DNA of 64,000 nt. It comes from the human T2T-CHM13v2.0 reference genome, Homo sapiens. The position numbers were made by a program, and so were the translations under genes. Shown here piece after piece: positions 26,190 through 38,235 of the stretch (position 1 is the stretch's first letter; every line of letters starts with the position of its first letter). The notes beneath the pieces were generated by a model. It saw nothing but the letters and a program-made list of their open reading frames with translations. It was not told where the DNA came from and did no database searches. The stretch lies in the NCBI RefSeq assembly GCF_009914755.1, contig NC_060935.1, one strand, 5' to 3'.

Positions 26190-26830
26190 TAATTCAATTC
26201 CAAAAAGTATTTATTAAAATGGCTCTACACTGCTTAATGCTATGGAGAATAGGACAAAAAATGTGTGGTTTTATTTTTTTATTTACTTTTTTTGCCCAGA
26301 AGGAGTTTATGATCTCATTGGAGAGATAAGATCTGCACAGTCCCTGGAGAACATCAGGATTGGATACAGAATGAAGAGCAGAAATGGGCCAGAGGAGACA
26401 CGGAAGTCCTGTGGAAAATGTAAGAGCTGCTGAAAATGGTTTGTGGACTTGGGAAGTTTCCAACAAAACAAAAAGAATGGAGGAATGGTGTTGAGAAACT
26501 GGTGGAGGCAGAAATAAATACCGGATGCCAGCGGGCTAAATAGGACCTCTGTCCGATAGTGGCAGACAGGGACATCACCTTCACAGCACAGGTGATACAA
26601 AGAAACACAAGTAGTTGATGACCAGTGGGTGCTGAGGTAGGAGATAAAAGGTAGGAAAATCGTTTGGACCAAGCTTGGGAAGCCTTTAAAATTATTTGAC
26701 TTTTAACCTCTAAGAAGTGAGAAGTCACATGGGTTTTTAAGAAAGGAATGGTGTGATCAGATTTTGGTTTAACATAGTCCCCCTGATGTCACAGTGGAGA
26801 GAAGAGTTTGGTAGCAGGGAGGCCAATCAA
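26190..26830 (-). mobile_element. L2 3' region
   Basis: attcaattccaaaaagtatttattaa tail; gtttttaagaaaggaatggtgtgatcagatttt. Confidence 0.55.
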
Positions 26831-27099
26831 GGTATCTTCTCCGCTGAAAAGCCTTAAAATGACAGGAGCTGAATCTCATCCAGCTGGAAGCAGGACTAGC
26901 ATCATTCCAAAAGAAGTGATACTCATACTGTCTTTTTGTCCCAGAGGGGTTCCCTTTAAACCACTCATGTGAATGGCTACCCCGGGGGTCTGCAAGGTGT
27001 GGCTCTGCAGAAGCTACGAATAAAGGATATTTCTAGGATTCAGATGGCAAGGCTTTATAACCAAGGAAATATCCAGGGTGAGGGAACAGGGGTCAGTCT

Positions 27100-28105
27100 T
27101 TGGATCTCTGTCCTCCTCTGTCTCCATGTTCCCCCTTGGAGACCTCATCTACTCTTATGGCTTTAAATATAATTGCTATGCTAATGACTCAAATACATTT
27201 GCATATGTATAATGTGTAGATTATACATGTGTATATACACGCACACACAGACATACACACACGTATACACATCTCTTTCTCCGAATTCCAGAATTGAATA
27301 TTCATCTGCTCAGTTACCCTCTCCACTTGAATTTTTAGTAGGCATCTAAAATTGAACATGTGCAAACCCCAACTCCTCATGTCATCCCGTTCCCAACTCA
27401 CAGCCCCCACATGTTTCACATCGCAACAAATGTCAACTTCTTCTTTTCATTTATTCAGAACAAAAACTTTGGAATCAGCCTTGACTCTTTCCACCCTCTC
27501 ATATCTCATACCCGGCCCATCAACAACCACTGCCAGATGTGCCATCAAAACACATTCGGAATCCCATGCCTTCTCCCTCCATCCATTTCAACCTGCTCTA
27601 AACCACCTCTGTCTCACACCCGGATCACTCCGCACTTTCTGCCATGCAATAGATTCTCACAACAGCAGGAGGAACAGCTGTTTAAAGCAAGTCTGTTCAT
27701 GTCACTCCTCTGTCCTGAGCCCTCCCCTGGCCCCCTTTCACTCAGAGTACAGAGCCTCGTGTGACGTGGCTCCTCATCCCTGTCTGACCTCTCCTCCTCT
27801 CCCACAAGTCCATTCTAGCCACAGTTCCTTGTTCCTTAGACAGCCTGCTCACACTCCTGCCTATGGCATATGAAGTGGCAGCCACATATTCTTAAAAGGC
27901 TCTTTCTCCAAACATCCACAGGATGGCCTCTGCCGAGAGGTTTTTGCTCCAGTGTTCTCTCAGTGAGACCTCCTCTCCACAACCCTCCCACGGTCTCTTC
28001 CCTCCTCCCCAGCCCGATTTTTCTAGAGCATGTTGCCATCTAGCATACTGGGTTTTTGTTTATGTGTTTACAAATTAATGCATTTATTGTTATTTCTACT
28101 AGAAC
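27100..28105 (+). mobile_element. L2a-like 3' region
   Basis: catctccacttg-like motif, aggcatctaaaattgaacatg, aaaactttggaatcagccttgactc, catgtcactcctctg, tctcagtgagacct. Confidence 0.7.
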
Positions 28106-29300
28106 AAAATGTTGCTTAACATCTCAACACTCAAGAAAAATGTGAAGCTGGGAAAGTAGACTTGGTGGTCTTCAGAACGTAAGTAACAGTTGAGGCCCTG
28201 GGAGAGGGAGGGTTTAACCAGGAGAATTTGCTGGGAGAGCAGCTTGTAAGAGACTGAGAAGGAAGGGATGCTGATGGAGAAGAAGGCAGGGGGATTATAA
28301 AGGCAGGAGGAAGCCTGACTATTCAGAATGAAAGGGTGAAGAGTGTTGAAGCAAAATATTGAGCCATTTGGTCAAATATCATAAAGAGGCTGAGTAAGAT
28401 AAAAGTTAAGTGCTGAATCTTGAGTCTAGATGTTAGAGAGAGGTTATTGCCCTTAAGGAAATTAGTTTTAGTTGAGTAGAGAGAGCAGAAGCCACACTAT
28501 AGTGCCTCAAAATGTGAATAAGAGATAAAAGAAATACGGATGGCAAATGTATATTCACCAACTTGATGAAGGGACAAAGGAAGATGAGATGGATGCTGAA
28601 TAAAGCATAGCTCTATGAGTAGATGGGGTATTTCCTGAGGTCTCAGTAACCTCTAGCTAGAACTATGAAAAAAGAAAGCCAGAGAGAGATCCTTCTTGGA
28701 TAATAAGTAGATGTACAATATCAGCAAAATATTCCCCTTACTTTCTTAGTTGCCAGTTTATATTAAATCTCTGAAAGAAGAATTTAAGTTTGGCATTTTG
28801 TTATTATGAAAGTACTATATTAACAACAGTCTGACATCTTTAATCCATTCAACTAGAAATTATTTGTTTCCCCTAGAACTAAAATAGGAAGTGGGAAGAA
28901 AGCAAGGTTTCTGTATTTGTTCTAAGTATTTCTTATTTTCTTAAAAAACATAGGCCCTGTGGATTTATTACTGATAAGTGCCTTGTAATGAAGTGTTAGC
29001 AAGGAATGCACTTGAAGTGCCTTTAGCAAATTTAATTTTTAAGTGTGTTATGCAGTCAGAAAATTGACACTAAAAACAAGGATGTACGTTTCCATCTCCA
29101 TTCTCCCTCGGTGGTTTCCGGGCCATCTCTGCTCAGTTCATAGACAAGAGATAATTTGGTAAATGGCACAGCCTCAAAGTCCATTTGGAACTAGAACAAC
29201 GGGCCCAAGGGTTTCCCTTCAATTAACTATTTCCCTGTGGGCAAAAAGGAAAGTCCGCTGTGAATTTCGAGGTGTACGGTGACTTATTTCACAGCACATA

Positions 29301-29584
29301 CAGTCCCGTGTCACTTAATGACAGGGATTCATTCTAAGAAATGCGCCATTAGGCAATCCTGTCATTGTGCAAACATCAGAGAGCACTTACACAAACCTAT
29401 AGGCTATAAACCTGCAACAGCATGTTACTATACTGAATACTGCAGGCAGGTGTAATACAATGGTAAGTATTTCTGCCTCTAAGCCTATCTAAACACAGTA
29501 AAATATGGTATTCTAATCTTGTGGGACCCACATCACATACACAGTTCATCATTGATCCAAACGTCGTTACGCAGTGCATGGTTG
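29301..29584 (-). mobile_element. Tigger3a (MER7-type) non-autonomous DNA transposon
   Basis: Imperfect TIRs cagtcccgtgtcacttaatgac / gtcgttacgcagtgcatggttg; TA dinucleotide on both sides. Confidence 0.85.
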
Positions 29585-29589
29585 TATTG

Positions 29590-30200
29590 GGCATTTATCT
29601 TATGCCTGCACAGTGCTAGGCACCAGGCAGGATACAGAAGAAATGGAAAAAGACAATCATTTTAGAACACTTTCAGCCCCATAGCAGCAACAAGACAGAT
29701 AAGATGTAGTGAGATGATTAGGATGTGGTTTCTGTAGATAAGGCCACGTGGTGGTTAGAGCAAAGTCCAAGGTGACAGGGGCCCACTCTGCAGGCAGCAC
29801 TGGGTCCTGAAGGCGGAGTTCTGTTGGGATTTGTCGATGGAGGGGGAGGCTGTGGAAGCTACTGGAAAGCCTGAGAGGAGGTTTTGGGAGAACACTGAGG
29901 GATAACGGGCACTGGCGGGAAAGGGCCTGAGGGAGGAATGTGAATTTGATACAATGAGCTCACACAGGAACCACCGCACGTTTATAAACATTAGCAGTTG
30001 ACTATTGGCTGAAGAGGTGTTCAAGGAAAATTAATCTGACGATTACACGTAAGAATGACTAGAGGAGAGATATTACAGGGGGAAACAAAAAGACAGCGAT
30101 GGATGCCATCTTGGCTCACATGGTGATCTTAGACTCAGCTTATTTTAGAAAAAGGGTTAAACGTAAAAATCAATGACATCACCAAATAAGAATTGACAGG
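29590..30200 (-). mobile_element. L2 fragment
   Basis: tatgcctgcacagtgctaggcac, purine-rich body. Confidence 0.45.
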
Positions 30201-30264
30201 AAACTATGATAGCTGAGTCAGCTGAAGTTTCCAAACCAACAGAATGAAGAAACAAATGGAAACT

Positions 30265-30460
30265 CATTTTTACTTGCCAGGTTCTGTGTTAGGCGTTTCA
30301 CATTTTCATCATATTTGATCTCTACAATGACCTTGTAAGGAGAAAAATGAAGGTTTACAGGTTTAACGTATTTGTGTCCGTCACATATCCAAACATTTGT
30401 GAAACTAAGATGCAGAAGCAGGCCTTTGGGTTCTAAACCCAGAACTCTTTCCAATGCATA
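30265..30460 (-). mobile_element. MIR SINE
   Basis: ttacttgccaggttctgtgttaggcgtttcacat..ctacaatgaccttgtaagg. Confidence 0.6.
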
Positions 30461-33400
30461 ATGTTCTGCCGAGCCTTGTCCTGGATTCTACGGCTCGAAT
30501 ACGGGCCCTTAAGCTTTTTACATCTGCTCTACTAAGATTTCCCCAATCTCCAGACCAATTCGGCTACTCTTGTTCCTAGTGCAAGCCCCATTTTCTTCTG
30601 CCTTTGCTGCTAATATTCCCACAAGCCCCTGCTTCTTTCTCCTCTCCTTATCTCTGTTAGGATTTTTAAAGCTCATTTTAAATATCATCTACTCTATGAA
30701 GTTCTTCCATTTATCCCAAATGTGTGTGATCCCTCTCTCCTTTGAACACCTCTACCTTTCTCTCCCTCCTTAACGCTTATACTGCAGTTCCTTGGGTGTT
30801 TGTCTCATCTATAATATCAGACTGCACCCTCCTGAAAATAAATAAGGCTCTTTAGGTGTCCAGAAATCTTCATAATTCCTTCACAATAGGAATTCGTTGG
30901 ACAAGACAAGAAAGTAAAAAAGGAGACAATAAAAGGCTTAGAGCAAAAAAAAAAAAAAAGTTGTAGCTACACTAGCTTAAGAGACAGCTGGGTTTGACAT
31001 CAAATGACCCTGAACTTGGAGGCAAGGGGAGCTGGGTTCTTTGGATAAGTCACTTCACCCTTCACCTTGGTTCCTCCTCTGAAATATAAGCAGTTTGGAT
31101 ATGTGGTCATCTCTAAAACCGTGTTCAGCTGTAATATTCTGTTACTGATATTTGCAGGCAGAAAATCAAAATCCAGACCTTGATCATCTTATTAAACTCG
31201 GATATTTTCACTTTTTAAACAATCAGCCTCACTCCACTGGTCAACTTTAATAAGCCAGCTCTCTCTATGAGCCCAGCACCAAGACAGCTCCACTGAGCCC
31301 CCAGCGTGGGATGCATGCCAGAGCTTTCTTGGGTGGCTTGGCCCCTTGTAAATCACAGAGTTGATACTCCTGTTCCCAGCCTGGGTAATGTGCTGTGGCT
31401 TATTTGCATAACAATTACATGCCTTAGGAAGGCTACTGATTGGAACACTCCTTGCCAAATTATGATGGCTTTTTGAATGAAGCTGCCTTTCCTGTCTCTG
31501 AACAGCTGCTGGTGCTATGCTTGGTCTTCCACCACCACAGGGAAAACAGCCCCCCTCCAGCTTGCAAGGTTGCTTTTCAAGAGGCAGTCACCCCAGCATC
31601 TCTCTACATCAAAATCTCTGCTAAAGCCATGGCCCGGTGACCTTTCCCAAGCAGGTCAGCGAAGACTCTCATAGCATCACAGTTTGGGAGAAAAACACAG
31701 CCCAAGCCAGCACCCAAGTGCAATGCTGGGTAAATGCCTCTGGGATTGGTCCAGGCCTGGTGCCAACTCCATCAAGTTCTCACTTTAATAAAAGCCTCTC
31801 AGTTACTCAAGCAATAAATATTTCATTTTTTTTTCCTGTGTCAACACTGCATCAGGTACCAGCAGTGCAAGAAGAAAGGCGCAGCCCTGACTCGCTGCTG
31901 GGACTGGTGAGTGACCACCCAGAGCACTGCATGCATGTTGTTCTCGCTGCTCATGCTGCTTTGTGCACTGTCTATGGTCCTGTCTTATTTACTGGGTAAG
32001 CTCCTGGAGAACCGAGATCACATCTCATTTTTCTATCACTTCATCCCCAAACATAATGGAGTAGCTCAAGCACTTTGAGAGCAAGGCTGATGTCTGCTAT
32101 TGCTTCTTCCCTGTCTCCCATATCATCCAGGAAAGTTATTTATTTATACGGAGTACTCCACAAAGCACCACACACATCTACATTTTTAAAATAAAAATAT
32201 CAGCACATCTTGCCCACATATGGCTATGTGTTCTTCTGAGGCAAAGCCAATTATGTTAATGGCCTATTAACATTCTACTGGTAAAAGTGAAGAAAAACAA
32301 AGAAAGAGATTAAAGAAGGCACTAAGTAATTTCCTTCTTAGTAAGTACTACTTTGTGCCAGCCACTTTGTCAGGTTCTAATCCATTGAGTTTACTATTGT
32401 CTGGATTCCTCAGAAGGTTCCTGGAGGGCCACATTGTGATAGAGGTCTCATAATTCTACCTCTACTACTAGAACTAAGTTTTACAGAAGAGTGAAATTCA
32501 GGAAAGCATCTGCTTCCAATGGGCTTTAGGTTGACCCTGCAGGTGATCTTTCCCAAGGCCAGAAAGCTTAGTGACTATTTCATTGACCCGGATCCAGTAT
32601 GCTATGCCACCATCTAAACCCAAGGCTTAGGTCTGCTGAGACATAAGACAACTTACAATTATAGCTAAGCTGTATTGAACACTTATTATTTTCTTAGAGT
32701 CCTTATAACTACTCGATAATTATTCATTTAAGATGAATTTCACAAATATTTATTAAGTACTTACAATATAATGGCAATCAATATGTTATATATTCCTCAG
32801 TACTGGGACCTTGGGGAAATAAGGATTAGCACTTACTATCTGGCACACTGAATAAGACATACTAATAAATTTTACAAAGTATTGCAATATTTATTCTCTT
32901 TTTTATCCTTGCAATATTTAGTAATAGATATTGTTAATCATTATTTTCCCTTTTCGTAAGTATAAAAGGAAAACAGGGCTTAAAATGTTAACTAGTCCAA
33001 GCTGCCTGGCAGCCACAGCTGTAACTCTGATGGTCCCAGAACCTTGTCCAGTATTTTCCATCGCTATGTGTACTTCCTCCCAACCTCACACCAGCATCTT
33101 TCTTAGAACTCTAACCAAAGACCACTGACTGCTGATTGGACCCCAGACAGTGAACATCTGCAAGCTTCAGAGACCACCAGCAACAGCTTGAAGACACTAT
33201 CTATTTACAGTAAGAATCCTGAGAACTTTCAGTGACCTGCACTGTCTCGCATTTTCACCCCAGTAGTGTTCTGTTCACCCTGCCGCCCGCTTCCTCTGCT
33301 TCCCTGGAGTTACGCGTGGTGTATCCATGATTAACAAATTCGCTCACAGGCTCAGCCAAACCACCAAGTATTTCTCTACCCTCCTGTCCTTTGTTCCCCC

Positions 33401-33562
33401 GTAGAACACCTGCTCCTTCCATCACATTAAGAAGGCTGTTTATTTACTCTCATCTACCCAGCATGAATTCAGCACCTTCCATTTACTCTTCAGCACACAT
33501 AATCTGGCTTTCATTCTCATAGTTCCACTGCAACTTCCCTAGCCAAGACACCCATGGCCTCC

Positions 33563-34201
33563 TGTGTTCAATTCTTATTGTTATATAACAAATTCCCACA
33601 AATTTATCAACTTGAAACAACATGTTTGTTTTTCTATAGTTTCTGTGAGTAGGAGTTAGTAAGGCACTCTACTCAGGACATCACCAGGCCAAAATCAAGG
33701 TCTGGGGTGGCCAAGGCTGTAGTTCTCATCAGAGGCTCAGAGTCCTCTTCTAAGCTTACTGGTGGTTGAAAGAATTTGGTTCCTTGCATTTGTGGGACCA
33801 GAGTTCCCATTTTCTTACTGGTTGTTAGTAAGTCACCTTTCTCAGTTTCTAGACACCATCCTCAGGTTCTTGCCATGAGAACCCTCCATTGGCATATCAC
33901 AACCTGGTCATTTGCTTCTGCAAGGCCAGCAAAAGAAAGCACAGTCACCTCACACCTCTCTCTTTCAAAGGGCTCTCACCTTTTAGGTCAGACTTAACCA
34001 GGAGAATATTCCCTTAGATAAATTCAAAATAAACTGGTGAAGGACCTAATCACATATGATGCAAAATCTCTTCTTTCCATTTAATGTAGCCTGAATATAG
34101 GAGTGAAATCCTCTCATATTCACAAGTTCCGTTCACCCTCAAAAGGAGAGGATTATACAGGGTACCTGCACTAGGTCCATCTTACAATTCGGCCTATCAC
34201 A
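33563..34201 (-). mobile_element. MaLR solo LTR (MLT1E-like) inserted in an L2
   Basis: tg..ca ends with perfect 5-bp TSD cctcc (33558-33562 and 34202-34206); taacaaattcccacaaatttat..aaacaaca and gaatttggttccttgca motifs. Confidence 0.85.
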
Positions 34202-35609
34202 CCTCCGTATTTTCAAATCTGCTTTTCTCTGCTTCTCCTAATAGGCCTATTCTTCCTTTTCCCTGCAGTAAATCATTCTGTTCTGCTAGTCTGAATGTAT
34301 TTTCTCTTGGTTTTCCAATTGTCTCTCTGGCTTTTCATTTCTACCTTTTTCACAAGTTTTTCTTTCTTTGTGTTCTATGCTGAGCTACTTATTTTTTCCA
34401 AAAGGATAATTCTGTATCATACATCAGCCTGTTGAAATGTGCTTTTACCACTGCCTGGAATGTGTTTATGATGCTTCTTCTTTCTCTAGCAAACTGTCAT
34501 TCATCCTTTAGAACTCACATCAAGCATCAGCTCTGAAAACTTTTTTTTACTTTCTTTCCCTCAATCTAATGGAAATACCCATAAAACCTCCAGTCTTCCC
34601 ATAGCTTTCCTTGAAAATTCTAACTAAGCCATTATTTTATTGCAGAAAAATCACTGACTTACTCATCTATCACTCTGACTAGATTCCTTGAGATTAGAGA
34701 AAATATCTCAATTTTTTTTTACTAAAAACTACCTCAAGTAGTTTTTAGTAAAAAGTAAACAATCTGGATATGAAAGAAAGTATAATAAGCATTTTACAGG
34801 TGAAGAAACAGAATAATTAAGGTTAAGTAAGTCACTGAATTTTACACATTCAATAATAGAGTAGGAGAGAAGTCAGTCTCCAACACACTTAGGACCATCT
34901 CAGGATCCCAGATTTAGGAATGTGCATGATTATTATCAAAGTCAATCCTAAATGAGAATAAGCACCTAGCACTTTGCCTGGACCATAATAGGTGACCTAC
35001 TCAATAAACAGTTTTGAATGAAATCAAGGAATCCTCGAACAAATAAATAATTTGGAAATAATTGGAAAAAATATAGAAAGTTAAGCTTGTAAGGGTTCTG
35101 TATCTGTATGCCTTTAGAAAGATTTTCTTCTTTTAAATGGAAATTGGTACTTGGTTCAGGATTTAAAACACTAAAATGAGAATGGGTAATCGAGAGTTAA
35201 TTACCATCAGGGAAAAAGAAAATCCAGTAAACTAAAATAGGAAGTTCCCTATAGATTCCATGACCCTCTGGAAGCAAATTAAGCATATCTACAGAAGATG
35301 TAGAATGAATTCCAATAATGAGTCTTGAAAAAGTTGAACGTTTTAATGAATACTCTTACAGGTTATCCAAGCCAGCACTCTGAGTGAGATGAGGCGAACA
35401 TGAGCCAGTGAGACGATGCGAATGTGGGAGGGAGCACAGGACTTCAAGACGGGTTTCTAACTCTTCCTACCCTAAGTAACCATGTGATCCATCCACGCTC
35501 TCCCTCTTCACCTCTTCTTTCGACAACACTTCCTGACAACTAATGTGCTAGGTGCCCCAATCCCTGTCCTCTAGAAACTGTCTGTCTTGTGGAGAAGACT
35601 GGATAGTGA

Positions 35610-35769
35610 TTAGGAAATGACAACCCACTGAGAGGGCAATGAGATGAAAATTTGAGCATTCCTTGACAACAGTTTTGTAAGGGGGAGGGAGGAAGAGAAG
35701 CACCGGGGAAAGAATGACTTCTACGCTGCCAACCTGAGGAGCCAGGCAATGGAGCCTAGGGGAGAAGCT
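35610..35769 (+). repeat. Inverted repeat B, left arm (within antisense L2 relic)
   Basis: Aligns without gaps to the reverse complement of 36161-36320; 123/160 identical by hand count. Confidence 0.9.
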
Positions 35770-36160
35770 TTCATGTAGATGTAAGAACGTGAAGACCAAG
35801 GGGCCTCTGCGTGTACCTGGGGCAGCAAGCAGTTCCGTGTGGCTGCAATATGAAAGAAGAGATGGAGACAGTGGGACCAGACAGAAATAAGGATGCAGAG
35901 GTAAGCTAGTGGTTTGTGAAAGGCCCCATTGCGAGAGAGTTTGTGTTAATTCTGAAAGCCAGGTTGAACTATCAAAAGGCTCATAGCTGGGCTAGGGTGG
36001 CACAATCAGATTTGTGATTTCAAATGACTACTCTAACCACAGTTGGAGAATGTATTTTAGGGGGCAAGAGTGGAGACCAGGATGGTGCTAGAGCCAAAGC
36101 GGTGGCTATGAGAATGGATATGGAGAGAAATGAATGAATGCGTGGAGAAAAAGGAAGCAT

Positions 36161-36320
36161 AGCGTCTTCCCTATGCTCCACCAACTAGCTCCTGAGGGCA
36201 TCAGCATAGAAATCATTCTTTCCCCAAGGCCTCCCTTCACCCTGGTCCCCCACAAAACTGATGTCAAGGAATGCTCAAATTTTCTTCTCATAGTCCACTC
36301 AGAGGGTTATCATTTCTTAT
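36161..36320 (-). repeat. Inverted repeat B, right arm
   Basis: Reverse complement of 35610-35769; perfect 23-bp core gaaaatttgagcattccttgaca. Confidence 0.9.
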
Positions 36321-37239
36321 GTGTGGACAAATTATTAAATTATAAATAGGGAAAATATCAGCACTTTGCCTCATAAGTTAGTTGCAAAACTTAAATAAGA
36401 TTATGGATTTGAAATTACCATGTAAACAAGAATGTGCTGTTAGTTATGACTCAACAAGAAAGAAAATGCAGAATTTGCTTTCAAGTAACCACAACAATAA
36501 AACAAGGACAGCTCATCCACGCCTTTGAAATAGTTCTCTTTTTTTTATTAGGACAACTTTGATGACAGAAAAGGAACAAGATCACCCAGGATGGATGAGG
36601 GTGGTCAGTATTCCAGAAAGCAGCCAGGCTGAGAGTTGACTCACTGGTCAAGGCTGTGGTTTTCTCCTCCTCTGTTTTAACCTCAGGGTAAAATGGCAGT
36701 TTTATTAATATTAATACACTTGCATAAAGTGCTAATTTACTCCATCATTTTCCTAATTAGCTCCATTGAATTGTGAGACTCATCTGCATGAATAATGTAG
36801 CCCTATATGCTTTTTCCAATGTCTGTCTCATCTCTGCCAAGGGAAGTACGGAAAGAAAGACTCCTCTGTAATTCTTTGATTACTTTGGAAAAATATAGTC
36901 CACTTTCTGAGAAGATAGTAAAGGCATCAAGAATGTCCACTAATTAAAGCTAGACAGAAATGGGGAGGGCTGCGCGGCCTTCTTTTAGAATAAATAACAT
37001 GAAGCTTTTGCTTTAGGTCTCCCTCGCCCTGTTTGTTCCCCTTGGAATGCACTAATGAATACAGCCTTCTCTCTAGTTCTGACACAATGTCACTCCCTCT
37101 GCTAGTTTTGCAGAATAGAAGATTAAAGGCGATGAGGTGAGGTCAGGAATAGTGGGTTTGTTTGATCAAAGGATAAAATAAATTCATGCCTCCTTTAGTC
37201 TCTGGACTAATTATCTCAATTAGATTGAAAATGGAGCTA

Positions 37240-38028
37240 TTCATATAACTGACAAAAATTAATGTCAAGAGTATTTAAAGAACTTCTAATAATAAGTCAA
37301 TGAGAAGTGCACAGCAACACAGTCAAAAAATGGGCAAAATAAATGAACAAGCATAGCAGGGAGGAGGAAACACATAGGAAGAAATATTCTGTGGATTTTA
37401 AAGACTACAATAACGTTGCATTTTACCCAAACTCCATTGGCAAAAATTCAAATGCCGGGCATTACTAAGTATTGGAGAAGCTGCGAATGTTCAGGATCTT
37501 CATACATTGCTGGTGAGAGGATAAGGTGCTGCTCTGGTAGGCAGTTTGGCAACACCTTCCATATTTAAACATTCCCAAACTCTGTGACCCAGCGAATCCA
37601 TTCCTCAGCAGATATTTTCATAGCAACCCTGTTCACAAGAGGAAAAAATCATTGGTTCAGCCTAGTCACCAACATAAAAATGGATAAATCAACTGAGGAA
37701 TATTCATAAATTAGAATAATCTATTCCACCAACGCAAATGAACCACAGCACTACAGCAACACACAAAACTATGGATAATCTTGGAAATAAATAAGTGAAA
37801 ACTAACCCCAAATCACACATAAAAAATGCATGTCCTATTTATGAAGATGAAAAATACCAAAATTAAAAGAATAATTTTAGAGACTCATATGTATGTGATG
37901 CAATTATATGAAAATGGAAGCATAAGATACACATGGAATTCTGAATGATGGCTAAGGTAGGAGGCAGGAAGGAGGATGGATGGGGGAGGACCATGCGCTG
38001 GAGATGCAGGTTGATGCCAAGGTCCTAG

Positions 38029-38078
<50 letters not shown>

Positions 38079-38235
38079 CAGAGGTGGAGGTGTGGATCTG
38101 TGGTTGCTTATGATACTATTTTTTAAATAAAAATAAAAAGGGGCTCAAACATAGAATACTGAGAGTGTATCATGGGCCACTGGTTATAAATAATACAATT
38201 CTGTGCACCTGAGATTCATTTAAAAAATAAAAACA
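37240..38235 (+). mobile_element. Old L1ME-like ORF2 end and 3'UTR
   Basis: aaaaatgggcaaaa..atgaacaagca, catacattgctggtgagag, tggataaatcaactgaggaatattcata. Confidence 0.7.
38032..38077. repeat. (GT)23 microsatellite
   Basis: Uninterrupted GT run, counted directly. Confidence 0.97.

Noticed and set aside
27352-27873. 173-aa ORF
   Set aside because: Lies in a C-rich L2 relic, non-ATG start, no recognisable domain.
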